Source of the DNA: Candidatus Omnitrophota bacterium
GTDB lineage: Bacteria > Omnitrophota > Gorgyraeia > JABMRG01 > JAFGKX01
Assembly (NCBI GenBank): GCA_043797125.1
Contig: JAZDPX010000038.1
Coordinates: 4,071 to 68,070 of the forward strand
Direction: 5' to 3'
Length of the DNA stretch: 64,000 bases
Shown: positions 19,640 through 29,361 of the stretch, piece by piece
Numbering within the stretch: position 1 is the first letter of the stretch
Layout of the letters: every line of letters starts with the position of its first letter
The notes under the pieces: generated by a model
Told to the model about the DNA's origin: nothing
Seen by the model: only the letters and a program-made list of their open reading frames with translations
Databases searched by the model: none
Program-made: the position numbers and the translations under genes

Positions 19640-20065
19640 TTAGATCTCGGTCCACTTAACGGTGAGAAAGCCATATTTTAGACAGGTCATTTTTACTTCT
19701 TTTGCCACACGCTCAAGTTCTTGGTCTGTGAGGTTACCGGCCTTTTCAGTATCGTATGTAATTATTCTTAAGTTAACTGATTCTGTTTCAGGCAGGTACA
19801 TAGACATATTTTTATAATATTCCTGCATAAGCGAGGAATTTACAAGGCATACATCAGGCCCAAACAAGAGGCCTTTCCTGTGTATCTGTTCTGCTGTATC
19901 AGCGCGTTCAATTTGATAGTATTCACCATAAACAGAAAGCGAGGTAAAATGCGTTTTTAGAAAATGATAAATAACCTCATTCGGCTCCGCGATAAGGAGT
20001 TTTGCCCTTATCAGCAGGATAGTTCCCTTTATGGTTTGCCTGTTTCTCCAGTCTTTTGCATCCAT
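19640..20065 (-). CDS. Hypothetical protein, degenerate receiver-like; paralog of the C-terminal half of the adjacent regulator
   Basis: Colinear similarity to 20094..20909 C-half (AKLL, HF.SLS, PD..L.NSS, ELERVAK, KWT). Confidence 0.65.
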   Translation of the reverse strand: MDAKDWRNRQTIKGTILLIRAKLLIAEPNEVIYHFLKTHFTSLSVYGEYYQIERADTAEQIHRKGLLFGPDVCLVNSSLMQEYYKNMSMYLPETESVNLRIITYDTEKAGNLTDQELERVAKEVKMTCLKYGFLTVKWTEI

Positions 20066-20093
20066 ATCTATAATCAGCCTCTTTCACGAACAA

Positions 20094-20909
20094 TTATATA
20101 ATTTCATACCTTACGTCTGTCCACTTAAGGTCGATAAGCTTGAGTTTCATGCATGTCTGGTGAACCAGCTTAGCGACCCTTTCAAGTTCTATTTTTGTAA
20201 TATCTCCTTCCTTGTCTGTTTGATAAATTATCAGTTCAGGCTTAGGATTGCTTTTCTCAAGGATCGCGGAAATTACACTCTTGTTGCCGTTTATCTTGAA
20301 GGAGGAGTTAATTAAATAAATATCGGGCTTAAATACTATTGCCTTCTCAAAAAGCCGTTCTTCTGTTTGGGCGTGGGCTGTTTGGTAATCTTCGCTGTTT
20401 GCGCTTAGCGATATAAAATGCGACTTCAAAAGCTCGTAGCTCTCGGTATTAAGCTCTACAAAAAGCAGCTTCGCCTTAATGGTAACTACCCGCGCCCTTG
20501 TCTTCTGTGTCGGCTTTAAGGAATTGCCTATGTCTTCTTCTTTAGTAAGTATGGCGCTCAAGCGGCTATAAAGTTTCTTCATTTCAATTGGTTTTATTAA
20601 AATATCTTCTAACGTATTATCCTCCGCGACCTTCCATGCTGTGTCAGGAAAACCTGTGAGCATTACAAATTTTGTTTTTGGATATTTTTCCTTTGCAATC
20701 TGGGCAAGCCTTCTGCCGCTTATGCCTGGCATATTAAAATCCAGCAAAACCAAATCTGCGCCGTTTCTATCCAAGCTTTTCAACGCTTCCTCGCCGCTTG
20801 ATGCAGTAGTAACATCAAAGCCCTTTTTAACAAGGAAAGCCTTCAATAGATATACTATATCGGGCTCGTCATCCACAACAAGGATTTTTGATTTTTGCGT
20901 GTCTTGCAT
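20094..20909 (-). CDS. Response regulator (REC domain + atypical C-terminal domain)
   Basis: ILVVDDE, LVLLDFNMPG, MLTG, LIKP. Confidence 0.85.
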   Translation of the reverse strand: MQDTQKSKILVVDDEPDIVYLLKAFLVKKGFDVTTASSGEEALKSLDRNGADLVLLDFNMPGISGRRLAQIAKEKYPKTKFVMLTGFPDTAWKVAEDNTLEDILIKPIEMKKLYSRLSAILTKEEDIGNSLKPTQKTRARVVTIKAKLLFVELNTESYELLKSHFISLSANSEDYQTAHAQTEERLFEKAIVFKPDIYLINSSFKINGNKSVISAILEKSNPKPELIIYQTDKEGDITKIELERVAKLVHQTCMKLKLIDLKWTDVRYEII

Positions 20910-20985
20910 TTTTTTATTCTATACCTATCTACCTCTACTTTAAATATACACACTAAATATAAAAAAGTAAATACAAACAAGCTTT

Positions 20986-21291
20986 TTAGTTTCTTAACCC
21001 TTTTGGCCCAGGGACCTGCCTGGCTATTCTGCTTACCTGGTCTATATCATTTTTTATTGCCGGGGCTACAACGAAATACATCTTGTGTTGTTTTATGTTT
21101 TTCTCGATAATTACACCTATCTTGGTGAGGTTACCTTCGGCTCTGGCTAATTTAGCGCTGAGGTTATTTTTTGTAGTAACGAAAAAAAACGTAACCAAGG
21201 CAAAAATTATCGCTATTGCCAGCATTAAATAATCCTTTAGAGTTAACTTTCCATCATCAAACATATCCCCTCCCTTGTTAAAATTTTTCAA
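20986..21291 (-). CDS. Hypothetical single-TM protein
   Basis: One hydrophobic segment; start uncertain (possibly MFDD). Confidence 0.5.
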   Translation of the reverse strand: MKNFNKGGDMFDDGKLTLKDYLMLAIAIIFALVTFFFVTTKNNLSAKLARAEGNLTKIGVIIEKNIKQHKMYFVVAPAIKNDIDQVSRIARQVPGPKGLRN

Positions 21292-21294
21292 AGA

Positions 21295-21675
21295 TTACCA
21301 TTTAATCGCATCTTTTATATTGTTGGCAGCGGCCTCAGCGTTTTTTGCAGCAGCCTGAGCTTCTCTTGATGCCTGCTCCGCTTTAATAGCCGCCATTTCA
21401 GCATCCTGCGCTAAAGACATCGCCTTTTCCGCATAATCTTTCGCCTCTTCAATAGTAACCGCATAATACGCCTTTCTGGCAAAAATAAACGAATTATTTG
21501 CGGCTGTGCTGGCGGTAATTGCGTTATCAGTAGCGCTTTCAGCAGACAAAGACGCAACGCCGGCAAAATCAGCTGCGGAAGCAGCGTAATTTACCGCGTC
21601 ATCAGTGCTTGCGTAAGAAAAGGCGACTGCATTTATGAATAAAAACAATACTAAAAACACTATGAGTGTTTTCAT
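21295..21675 (-). CDS. Ala-rich exported helical protein
   Basis: Signal peptide (…NAVAFSYA), Ala-rich coiled coil; AGGAGG SD. Confidence 0.65.
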   Translation of the reverse strand: MKTLIVFLVLFLFINAVAFSYASTDDAVNYAASAADFAGVASLSAESATDNAITASTAANNSFIFARKAYYAVTIEEAKDYAEKAMSLAQDAEMAAIKAEQASREAQAAAKNAEAAANNIKDAIKW

Positions 21676-21708
21676 ATATCCTCCTAATATGCAATAGCTA
21701 AAAAGCTA

Positions 21709-21879
21709 TTACTTATTAAAAATTTTAAGCCATATGAATACTGCCGGGGGGCAATATAAAACAAGCAAAGCCGACATAGCCAAAAGTGGCGTCTGTTTAG
21801 TAATCAGAAATCCATATACGCCCAGCAATAAAGTGGCGCTCAATGTAAAAGCGGAATACCAGGCTAAAATTTTCATCAT
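21709..21879 (-). CDS. Small 2-TM membrane protein (56 aa, not in ORF track)
   Basis: MMKILAWYSAFTLSATLLLGVYGFLITKQTPLLAMSALLVLYCPPAVFIWLKIFNK*; ATGA overlap with pilin stop. Confidence 0.55.
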   Translation of the reverse strand: MMKILAWYSAFTLSATLLLGVYGFLITKQTPLLAMSALLVLYCPPAVFIWLKIFNK

Positions 21880-22301
21880 TCCTCCTGTTCTTCTTCTGTT
21901 ATTATGCCTGTCTGGTCAATAATAAAAGTTTTTGTCCCTGTAATATTTTGCATTTGCGGTTCAGCTATGCAAGTAAAAGCAAAATTACCGTTAGTTGGCT
22001 CATATGTAAAGGCATAACCGTCTTTTGTGCCTGCTGCCAATTCTTCGCTTATATACGGCGGGGTTTCAGATCCAAGCTGTTCCAGCGAATCAGGGTAAAT
22101 GTTGTGTTCGCCAAAATAACTTGAGCAAGCGCTGCAGATAGCCTGCAAAGATTTATGCGCGGCAGATTCATTGGCATTATGTTTAGCTCTCAGCATCATA
22201 GGTATGGCAATTGCTGCCAGAATGCTGACAATGGCAACAACCACAACAATTTCAACAAGCGTAAAACCAATATAGCGGCGCTTTAGGCTTTTAAATTTCA
22301 T
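21876..22301 (-). CDS. Type IV pilin / type II secretion pseudopilin
   Basis: Prepilin cleavage motif GFTLVE + hydrophobic helix, ANESAA. Confidence 0.9.
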   Translation of the reverse strand: MKFKSLKRRYIGFTLVEIVVVVAIVSILAAIAIPMMLRAKHNANESAAHKSLQAICSACSSYFGEHNIYPDSLEQLGSETPPYISEELAAGTKDGYAFTYEPTNGNFAFTCIAEPQMQNITGTKTFIIDQTGIITEEEQEE

Positions 22302-23252
22302 TTAGTCTAAATCCCCTCCTAGCAAGCTCTCGTAAAATTCTCTGTAATTCTCTTTCTTATGAGTCTTGCGCAATGCCATGGCAGCTCTGGGATGTTCATT
22401 AAGCATACCTGCTATAGCGTATGGTATTATATAACCCCATTCCATTTTCTCTCTTAGCGGAATAAACTCTTTAGAGATAACGTCTAATATCGGCCTTATG
22501 TCAAACTTGGGATTTTTTAAGAAGCCTATCAAAAGTTCCAATGGGCAATTACCTGCTGCCCTGCCTAAGCCGTAAATTGTGCTGTCTACAAAGTTGGCAT
22601 CATGTATTATCGCTTCTATAGTATTGCAAAACGCCAGCTGCTGATTATTATGGGCGTGCATACCAACTTCTTTGGTTTTAAGGATACTTTTAGCTTTTTT
22701 TATAAGAATTTCTGTTGTTTCCTGATATAGAGAACCAAAACTATCAACTATATAAATCACATCAGCCTTACATTCTTCCTCGAGCTGGTGCAACGCCTCG
22801 GTTAACTCATTATCCAGAGCCTTTGTTATAGCCATAATATTTACTGTTGTCTCATAACCCTTATCCGCAAAATGGTTTACCAGAAATATTGCTTTATCAA
22901 TATCCTTAACATACGCAGCAACCCTCATCATGGCTACAGGGCTTTCCGCTCGCGGGGGTATATCTTCAATGTCCACGCGGTCGACATCAACCATTATAGA
23001 TATTTTTGTATCGGATTCTATGCCGTCGATTACTCTTTTAATATCATCGTCATCGCAAAATTTCCATTTACCGAACTCCTTGGTTGAAAAAAGCCTCTTA
23101 GAGTTTTTATACCCTATTTCCATATAATCCACGCCTGCCTGCGATACAGCCTTGTAAACTTCCTTTACAAACCTTTCGTCAAAATCATGGTCATTTATAA
23201 GCCCGCCGTCGCGTATGGTGCAGTCCATAACCTTTATTTTTTCTCTGAACAT
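22302..23252 (-). CDS. DRE-TIM metallolyase (HMGL-like / 4-hydroxy-2-oxovalerate aldolase-like)
   Basis: DCTIRDGG, YIVDSFG, HAHNN, GLGRAAGN. Confidence 0.85.
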   Translation of the reverse strand: MFREKIKVMDCTIRDGGLINDHDFDERFVKEVYKAVSQAGVDYMEIGYKNSKRLFSTKEFGKWKFCDDDDIKRVIDGIESDTKISIMVDVDRVDIEDIPPRAESPVAMMRVAAYVKDIDKAIFLVNHFADKGYETTVNIMAITKALDNELTEALHQLEEECKADVIYIVDSFGSLYQETTEILIKKAKSILKTKEVGMHAHNNQQLAFCNTIEAIIHDANFVDSTIYGLGRAAGNCPLELLIGFLKNPKFDIRPILDVISKEFIPLREKMEWGYIIPYAIAGMLNEHPRAAMALRKTHKKENYREFYESLLGGDLD

Positions 23253-23261
23253 CGCTTCCTC

Positions 23262-23301
23262 CCTGCCTACCGGTAGGCAGGCCTGCCTGCCGATAGACAG
23301 G
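23262..23301. repeat. Two tandem copies of 20-bp palindrome CCTGCCTGCCGGCAGGCAGG family
   Basis: CCTGCCTACCGGTAGGCAGG + CCTGCCTGCCGATAGACAGG. Confidence 0.75.
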
Positions 23302-23354
23302 CTTCTTAGTATAATACTGCGAATAACACGTTAAATCAAGACAAAAAATTTTTA

Positions 23355-23383
23355 TTGCAAAAATCCGCTAAAAGGGGTAAAAT
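23355..23383 (+). promoter_or_regulatory. Putative sigma70 promoter, probably leaderless transcript
   Basis: TTGCAA-17 bp-TAAAAT, ATG 7 nt downstream. Confidence 0.5.
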
Positions 23384-23390
23384 CCTACTT

Positions 23391-24167
23391 ATGAAAACTG
23401 ACGCTGCACAATTGGAAAAAGAGGCGCACCTCTGTTTAACTGAAAACAATCACGAACAGGCGTTTAAGTTATTCAAAAATGCCGCCTTGATTCACAAGCA
23501 AAACAATAACCACAAGCATTCTGCGTTGTGTTATGCATCTGCTGCAAGCTGCTGGAGCAAAAAATCTGAGGAAAAGACATTCTTTAATGCCGCCTCTGCC
23601 TATGAAATGGCTGCGTACGAGGCAAACCTGTCTGAGGATTTTGAGTATGCCTCCATGCTTTATAAATACGCGGCAATCAATTACGAAAGAGACGGCGAAT
23701 ATTACTATTATTCAGATTGCTTTTATCAATCCAAGGAAAGTTATAGAAATTTCCTAACCTACAGATTCCTTATGCCCGACAAAATTCATCCTATCGCCGA
23801 ACCAGATGGCCATTCTGGCATAAAAGGGTTTGTTAGGCTTTTCTTTACTTGGGCTGCACTTACCTTTTCCTACTTAATCTGGGGCCACGGCGAAAGGCCG
23901 CTAAGGACTTTTTTCACATCGCTTTTTATTATTTTTGCATCGGCGTTTTTTTATATGTCCTCAAACCTTTTTGCCGGCGGCGTTGTTTTCATGCCGAGGT
24001 TTTTTCAGGCCCTTTATTTCAGCGTGGTAACATTTACAACGGTTGGCTACGGAGATATCGTACCGGTGGGAATCAGCAAGGCCGTTGTAATGATTGAGGT
24101 TTTTTCAGGGTTGTTTGTCATGCCGCTTTTTGTTGTCGGGCTTACCAGAAAATACCTAAGATTGTAG
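23391..24167 (+). CDS. Potassium channel family protein with N-terminal TPR/SNAP-like domain
   Basis: FTTVGYGD selectivity filter, 2-TM pore, GHGERP; ATG 23391 preferred. Confidence 0.85.
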   Translation: MKTDAAQLEKEAHLCLTENNHEQAFKLFKNAALIHKQNNNHKHSALCYASAASCWSKKSEEKTFFNAASAYEMAAYEANLSEDFEYASMLYKYAAINYERDGEYYYYSDCFYQSKESYRNFLTYRFLMPDKIHPIAEPDGHSGIKGFVRLFFTWAALTFSYLIWGHGERPLRTFFTSLFIIFASAFFYMSSNLFAGGVVFMPRFFQALYFSVVTFTTVGYGDIVPVGISKAVVMIEVFSGLFVMPLFVVGLTRKYLRL

Positions 24168-24192
24168 TAATTATGCGTAACGGTTCAGATCA

Positions 24193-24224
24193 GACGTAGC
24201 GCAGGCTTAAGCCTGCGCTACGTC
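24193..24224. repeat. GTAG-type REP-like perfect palindrome (copy 1)
   Basis: GACGTAGCGCAGGCTTAAGCCTGCGCTACGTC between convergent genes. Confidence 0.85.
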
Positions 24225-24234
24225 CGGAGACTTT

Positions 24235-25239
24235 CTATTCAGCCTTCCTTGTCCGAGTCATTAAATCGGTTACAGCTTCTAAAGGATTTTTATCCTTAAA
24301 AAGTATATTATACACCTGCTCTGTTATTGGCATCTGGGTATTAAATTTTTTAGCAAGATCTAACGCTGATTCAGTTGTGTAAACGCCCTCAGCTATCTGG
24401 TCCATTTTCTGGACAATCTCAGTGAGTTTAGCTCCCTTTGCTATTTCCTCACCTACATGGCGGTTACGGCTGTACGGGCTTATGCAGGTTGTCATCAAAT
24501 CACCTATGCCGCTTAAACCGTTGAATGTCTCTTCCTTTGCCCCCATTATCACGCCGAGGCGCTTGATTTCAACCAGCCCTCTTGTAAAAAGCGCGGCCTT
24601 TGCATTTGTGCCAAAACCCAAACCATCTGATATGCCGGCTGCTATGGCAATTATATTTTTAAGGCTCCCCCCTAGTTCGACGCCAAGAGTATCTGTGCTT
24701 GTATAAAGCCTGAAGCGCTGCGTCATAAAGACTTCCTGCGCTTCCTCGGCAACCTTGATGTCTTCAGATGCAATAACAGCAGATGTCGGTACTTCCTTAG
24801 CCACCTCTAAGGCAATAGTAGGGCCGGACAACACGCAAAGCTTGTCATGCGCAAGTTCTTCTTTTAAAATCTGCGATACTGTTTTTAAAGTTTTTTGCTC
24901 TATACCCTTGACCACGCTCAGCAAAATCAAACCTGACAAATCCACGCCTCTTAAATGGGCGGCTATTGTCTTTCTGACAAATTGCGAGGGAATAGCGATC
25001 ACTATGATCCTCGCATTATTTGTAGCCTGTTTAATATTATCTGTTATGTCTATCGAGGCAGGAATTTTAAACTGAGGCAGGAATTTCACATTCTCCCTCA
25101 TCTTGCTAAGAAAGCGAATGTATTCAGGAAACGCGCCCCATAACGAAACCGCATGGCCCTTCTTGGCCAGTAATATAGCCAGGGTCGTGCCCCAGCTTCC
25201 ATCCCCCATAACAGCGATTTTTGTCATTTTTGCATTCAT
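24235..25239 (-). CDS. gpsA: NAD(P)H-dependent glycerol-3-phosphate dehydrogenase
   Basis: GDGSWGT, LSGP, ELGGSLKN, GIGDL..TC...SRN; start moved to ATG 25239. Confidence 0.95.
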   Translation of the reverse strand: MNAKMTKIAVMGDGSWGTTLAILLAKKGHAVSLWGAFPEYIRFLSKMRENVKFLPQFKIPASIDITDNIKQATNNARIIVIAIPSQFVRKTIAAHLRGVDLSGLILLSVVKGIEQKTLKTVSQILKEELAHDKLCVLSGPTIALEVAKEVPTSAVIASEDIKVAEEAQEVFMTQRFRLYTSTDTLGVELGGSLKNIIAIAAGISDGLGFGTNAKAALFTRGLVEIKRLGVIMGAKEETFNGLSGIGDLMTTCISPYSRNRHVGEEIAKGAKLTEIVQKMDQIAEGVYTTESALDLAKKFNTQMPITEQVYNILFKDKNPLEAVTDLMTRTRKAE

Positions 25240-25302
25240 AGTTTCTTTAGTATAACAAATCTGTGCTATATAATCAAACACATTTTAACGAGCTTAAAAG
25301 CT

Positions 25303-25527
25303 TAAGGTTCTGTTTTTGCAATGCTCAGCACTGTCTTGTTTAAGGCCTGTGGCAATTCTCGCAGGGACGCACAAAAATCCCCAGCGTGGATTTTTGTGCT
25401 CTGACCTCGGCCTCGCTCTCACCTGTATGGAAACAAGGGCGAACCATGCCCGCTTCGGCCTCGCAAGCCCTGCTCGAATTGCCACAGGCCTTAAACATAT
25501 GCGCCTTGCATTGCACAAGAAGCCTTA
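25303..25527. mobile_element. Nested-hairpin MITE-like element
   Basis: Arms TGTTTAAGGCCTGTGGCAATT / AATTGCCACAGGCCTTAAACA; outer TTGCAATGC/GCATTGCA; inner hairpin GCACAAAAATCC/GGATTTTTGTGC. Confidence 0.6.
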
Positions 25528-25569
25528 CTTATTAACAGTGTTCGCTTGAAGGCTTAAGGCATTACAATA

Positions 25570-25602
25570 CAGAAAGGCCTCAGTTTAACCGAGGCCTTTC
25601 TG
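25570..25602. terminator. Hairpin, probable terminator downstream of anti-sigma gene
   Basis: CAGAAAGGCCTC-N9-GAGGCCTTTCTG. Confidence 0.55.
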
Positions 25603-25702
25603 GGGGATTAGGGGTTTCCTACTTTTTCTTGGGGTTACTCTATATCTTCCTCCTTATTTTATCTTGTACTATATAAAACACAGAAAGAAGAAATTTATTC
25701 CG

Positions 25703-27118
25703 CTATTTTTTCAAAAATTCCTTTGCGCCTTGGGCATCTACGCTGTCAGGGTATTCCCTTAAAAGTTTTTCAAAGGCAAATACCGCTTGCGCCTGGTCCT
25801 TTAGGTCAGTATTATAGATCTCCGCTATGGCGCGCTGCGCAAGGCTTGAAAGCGCGTATTCGGGATATTCTTTTACAACGCGTTCAAACGTCGCAATAGC
25901 CTTTTTATAATTTCCCATATAATAATAGTACGAGCCTATAAACATAAGAAACTGCGGATTATATATCGAATTTGAATGGCCCTCGACTAACCTTTCCAAT
26001 CTTCTTATTGCTAGATTGTGCGTTTCTGTGTCATTGTTTTCTATGGCTTTAGTTATTAGATGCGTAATTGTCTCCAAATCGCGGGGTATTACCCTGGGTG
26101 CGGCATCGGATATGTATAATGGCGCGGGTTTAAGCAGTTCTTTAACCCTGCTTACCTTCAAGCTTACTAAAAGCACAACCTGCGGTTTTTCACCCAATTG
26201 ATACAATTCCTGCATAATGTCCCATTCAGCGTCTGATAAAAGTGTTGCCGCATCAGGCGCAGAGCCGGATAAAACTTTGGATTTCTGACCTGCATTAACA
26301 TATATATCCGCGCCGTTTGCATGAATCTTTACTGTTCCCTCTAATACTCCTAACCAAGTAGCTTTATCTACAGCTTCGCTGACATCTATTGCAAATGCGG
26401 TGCCCACTACCGATGCTTTACAGCTAGGGGTTGAAAGCATCATCTTTGAACCTTTAAAGTGCTTTCTTGTATTTACCATCAATTTCCCCTTTGCAACGCT
26501 GAATTCAGTAAAATGGTCTGCAGCCCTTAAATCAAGCTTTGCTATAACAATATCGGAAGAGCTTTTTATCCTTGCCGCATATTTATTTTGCGACAATATA
26601 TTTATTTCAGAATCCTGCGCTGTGAGTATTCTATCTGATTCTCTCAGCCGTATATTCGGCTTTGCGGCAATCCACTTATTAGAGGGCGCCTGACAGATCT
26701 TTGCCTGGCCCACAACATTTTGTATAAGGGGCAGACGTGTATATATATAATAATTATAGCTTCCTACAACTGTAACTGCCAACAATAGCAACGCAGCAAC
26801 CCTTGCAAGCACAGGGGCTCTCGGAATAAATACGTTGTTTATGCCCTGCAGCGTCTTTTCCAAAATACTGTTTAGCGATACCTTAAGTTTCTGCTCCAGT
26901 CTCCGGTTAAGCTTCTGATTAAATTCAAAATCAAAATGTTCGGATTCTTTTAGTTCGGACAGGCTGGACAAGGCCTTCTTAAGAAGCATAAGCTCGATAA
27001 GCGCATGCCTGCACTTATCGCATTGGCTGATATGCAGGTTGACTGCCTGCGTCTGTTTTAAGGTGCAGGCATTGTCCGCGTATCTTGATAAATCATGGAA
27101 ACTAATTTCGCATTTCAT
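25703..27118 (-). CDS. Anti-sigma factor: zinc-finger (HxxxCxxC) + TM + FecR domain + TPR
   Basis: HISQCDKC; TM; STPSCKASVVGTAF, VLEGTV; C-terminal TPR. Confidence 0.85.
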   Translation of the reverse strand: MKCEISFHDLSRYADNACTLKQTQAVNLHISQCDKCRHALIELMLLKKALSSLSELKESEHFDFEFNQKLNRRLEQKLKVSLNSILEKTLQGINNVFIPRAPVLARVAALLLLAVTVVGSYNYYIYTRLPLIQNVVGQAKICQAPSNKWIAAKPNIRLRESDRILTAQDSEINILSQNKYAARIKSSSDIVIAKLDLRAADHFTEFSVAKGKLMVNTRKHFKGSKMMLSTPSCKASVVGTAFAIDVSEAVDKATWLGVLEGTVKIHANGADIYVNAGQKSKVLSGSAPDAATLLSDAEWDIMQELYQLGEKPQVVLLVSLKVSRVKELLKPAPLYISDAAPRVIPRDLETITHLITKAIENNDTETHNLAIRRLERLVEGHSNSIYNPQFLMFIGSYYYYMGNYKKAIATFERVVKEYPEYALSSLAQRAIAEIYNTDLKDQAQAVFAFEKLLREYPDSVDAQGAKEFLKK

Positions 27119-27119
27119 T

Positions 27120-27764
27120 TTATTTTACCTCTGGCTTCGTAAAACCTAAAACCTTTGCCAGCTTTTCCCTTGCCCTTGAAAGCCTGCTGCCGACCGTAGC
27201 CGGCGGGCAACCCAAAGCTTTAGCTGCATCTTCGTAAGACAGGCCTTGTATATCGCATAATACAATCACCTTTCTATGCTTTTGTTTCAATTTTTCAAGC
27301 CCCTGCTGTATCAATTTTTCCGCTTCATTCTTCAACGCTGCGTTATCAGGCCTTTTTGTATGATCCTCAAGCAGGTCATGGAGGGAGGCGCCCTCTTCTT
27401 CATCTATGCTTTTGTCAATGGAAACCTTTTGAACATAGCTTGTGTCTCTTAAATAGTTCTTTGCAAGGTTTCCTGCTATTGTATAAACCCACGATGAGAA
27501 TTTCGTCTTCTTTACATAACGGCCGATATTCGTGTAAACCCTTATAAACGTCTCCTGGGTCAATTCCTCAGCCTGATGAATATCTCCTATCAACCTGTAT
27601 ATATAATTAAGTATGGGCCGTTTGTATTTATTGTATAATATGTCAAATGCTGCCCGGTCGCCTTCTTTCGCCTTTTCTACCAGTTCATCGTCATACAAAG
27701 GCGGTTCCGGCTCATTTATGAGCCTTACAATGAATAGAACACAAAAAAGGTTTAAAAATTCCAT
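27120..27764 (-). CDS. ECF RNA polymerase sigma factor
   Basis: AEELTQETF, FSSWVYTIA, GLSYEDAA, TVGSRLSRAR. Confidence 0.92.
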   Translation of the reverse strand: MEFLNLFCVLFIVRLINEPEPPLYDDELVEKAKEGDRAAFDILYNKYKRPILNYIYRLIGDIHQAEELTQETFIRVYTNIGRYVKKTKFSSWVYTIAGNLAKNYLRDTSYVQKVSIDKSIDEEEGASLHDLLEDHTKRPDNAALKNEAEKLIQQGLEKLKQKHRKVIVLCDIQGLSYEDAAKALGCPPATVGSRLSRAREKLAKVLGFTKPEVK

Positions 27765-27806
27765 GATTTTTGATTATACCACAAAAAAGGCGGCTGCTGC
27801 CATAAA

Positions 27807-27830
27807 AAAGCGGGGGATTAACCCCGCTTT
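27807..27830 (-). terminator. Rho-independent terminator
   Basis: AAAGCGGGG-loop-CCCCGCTTT with A-tract (U-tract on minus strand). Confidence 0.55.
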
Positions 27831-27850
27831 AGCTTTTTGAAGGCCTCACA

Positions 27851-27880
27851 ACGTAGCGCAGGCTTAAGCCTGCGCTACGT
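27851..27880. repeat. GTAG-type REP-like palindrome (copy 2)
   Basis: ACGTAGCGCAGGCTTAAGCCTGCGCTACGT, identical to copy 1 core. Confidence 0.85.
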
Positions 27881-27906
27881 CCGAGTTGTTACCTATTACC
27901 TGACTT

Positions 27907-29361
27907 TTATCTTTTTTTCCCTTTTTGCAGGCTCTTCTCAGGCAATATGAGCAAAGCCTCAATCGTATCCTTCCCGTGTACGATAACAGGCCTGTTAAGG
28001 TTTCTTATTGCCAACGAAATCTGCACATTCATATTAGAAACTGAGCTTTTTAAGTTCTCAACATATACCTGCTTACTGTTGGCAATCATCTGGGAGCGCA
28101 GGTACTGCTCAAGAGAAAGTATCTGCTGCGGGATGCTCATCGCCGCGGTTATGCTGCCGGACCTGGCTGACAATGTTACAATGGCGTCATCTATCATCTT
28201 GCGGTATTCAAATTGGCTTAAGATTTTATCCTCGCCGGCATAATATTCCTGCGGCGTTACCTCGACATCCCACCACAGGTCAATATTATCGAATAATGAC
28301 GTTGCGAGTTTCTCATAATACGAATCCACATCATCTTGGAATAGGGCGTAAGCCTGGTGGCGTTCGTTTATCAAGGCCTTAAACGCAGAAGTAATGTTGC
28401 TTAGGCTCATGATCTCTTCCGGGGTATTTTGAATTTCAAGGTAGCTCAGTGATGTATAAAATTTTTCGGAATAGAATGCCTTGTAAAATAAATCCAAAAG
28501 CCCGAATTTTGCCAGCAGCTGCTTTATAAAACTTTTGCTGTTTAGAATTTCGTTTAAATACTTCTCGTCAGTCACGGTTACTATGCCGACGCGCTGTTCC
28601 TTTGCGCCTTGCGTGTCACTTATCAAAGGCGGCGCTGTAATAACAATTTCTCCTGCTTTGCCCTCTAATATTATGTTGTCTATCCCGTATCTATAATAAC
28701 CGTCGATTTTACCGTTGGCATTAAACCGCGCCCGTTTTGTAAATGTTCCTTTTATAGTAAGGAGGGTGTTGCCCTTATCGTCGCTAATGACAACTTCCGT
28801 GTTGGCTAAAATGGTTGCCGGCTTGCCGCTAGTATCGTATTCAACCTTGTAAACATCCATCTTTGAAAAAAGCCTGACTATTGTATCGGTTAAATAATCC
28901 TTCGCAGTGATAAATATCTCCTCCTGATAGCTTGTGGGCCGGTTTTCCTGATCATACTTCACATAATCCAGCAGCCTTTGCTGAGCTATGGAGGCGTTTG
29001 CGGGGTCTTTTATTATCTGGTTTGACTTAATCGGCCTTCCCTGCTGGTCCTTGGCAACGTCTTCCGAAACGATTTTACCCAAATCGAAATAAAGCTCGGA
29101 AAAGTAAAATGATGTACCTGTTTCGCTGCACGCGCCTCTTTTCGATTCAATCAGCGAATTTTTCCTCAAAAGTTGGGCGCTGTTATTATCCTCGTCAATA
29201 AACACCTTTGTATACGGGGTAGGTTTTTCAACCTCTGACGCACCACTACCGTAAATATCATTACGGCCGGCTGCGGCTGCATACTTAGCATGTAATATTA
29301 TTAGAACAGATAACAAAAAAATATTGAAATGTTTATTACAACTGGCAAACATGTCCTTCAC
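27907..29361 (-). CDS. Hypothetical exported protein with YD-like beta repeats
   Basis: Signal-like N-terminus; KYDQENRP, EYDTSGKP, FNANGKI. Confidence 0.6.
   Translation of the reverse strand: MKDMFASCNKHFNIFLLSVLIILHAKYAAAAGRNDIYGSGASEVEKPTPYTKVFIDEDNNSAQLLRKNSLIESKRGACSETGTSFYFSELYFDLGKIVSEDVAKDQQGRPIKSNQIIKDPANASIAQQRLLDYVKYDQENRPTSYQEEIFITAKDYLTDTIVRLFSKMDVYKVEYDTSGKPATILANTEVVISDDKGNTLLTIKGTFTKRARFNANGKIDGYYRYGIDNIILEGKAGEIVITAPPLISDTQGAKEQRVGIVTVTDEKYLNEILNSKSFIKQLLAKFGLLDLFYKAFYSEKFYTSLSYLEIQNTPEEIMSLSNITSAFKALINERHQAYALFQDDVDSYYEKLATSLFDNIDLWWDVEVTPQEYYAGEDKILSQFEYRKMIDDAIVTLSARSGSITAAMSIPQQILSLEQYLRSQMIANSKQVYVENLKSSVSNMNVQISLAIRNLNRPVIVHGKDTIEALLILPEKSLQKGKKR

Noticed and set aside
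25294-25549. Two short opposing ORFs (74 and 77 aa)
   Set aside because: Both are artefacts of the palindromic element; they encode mirror-image peptides.
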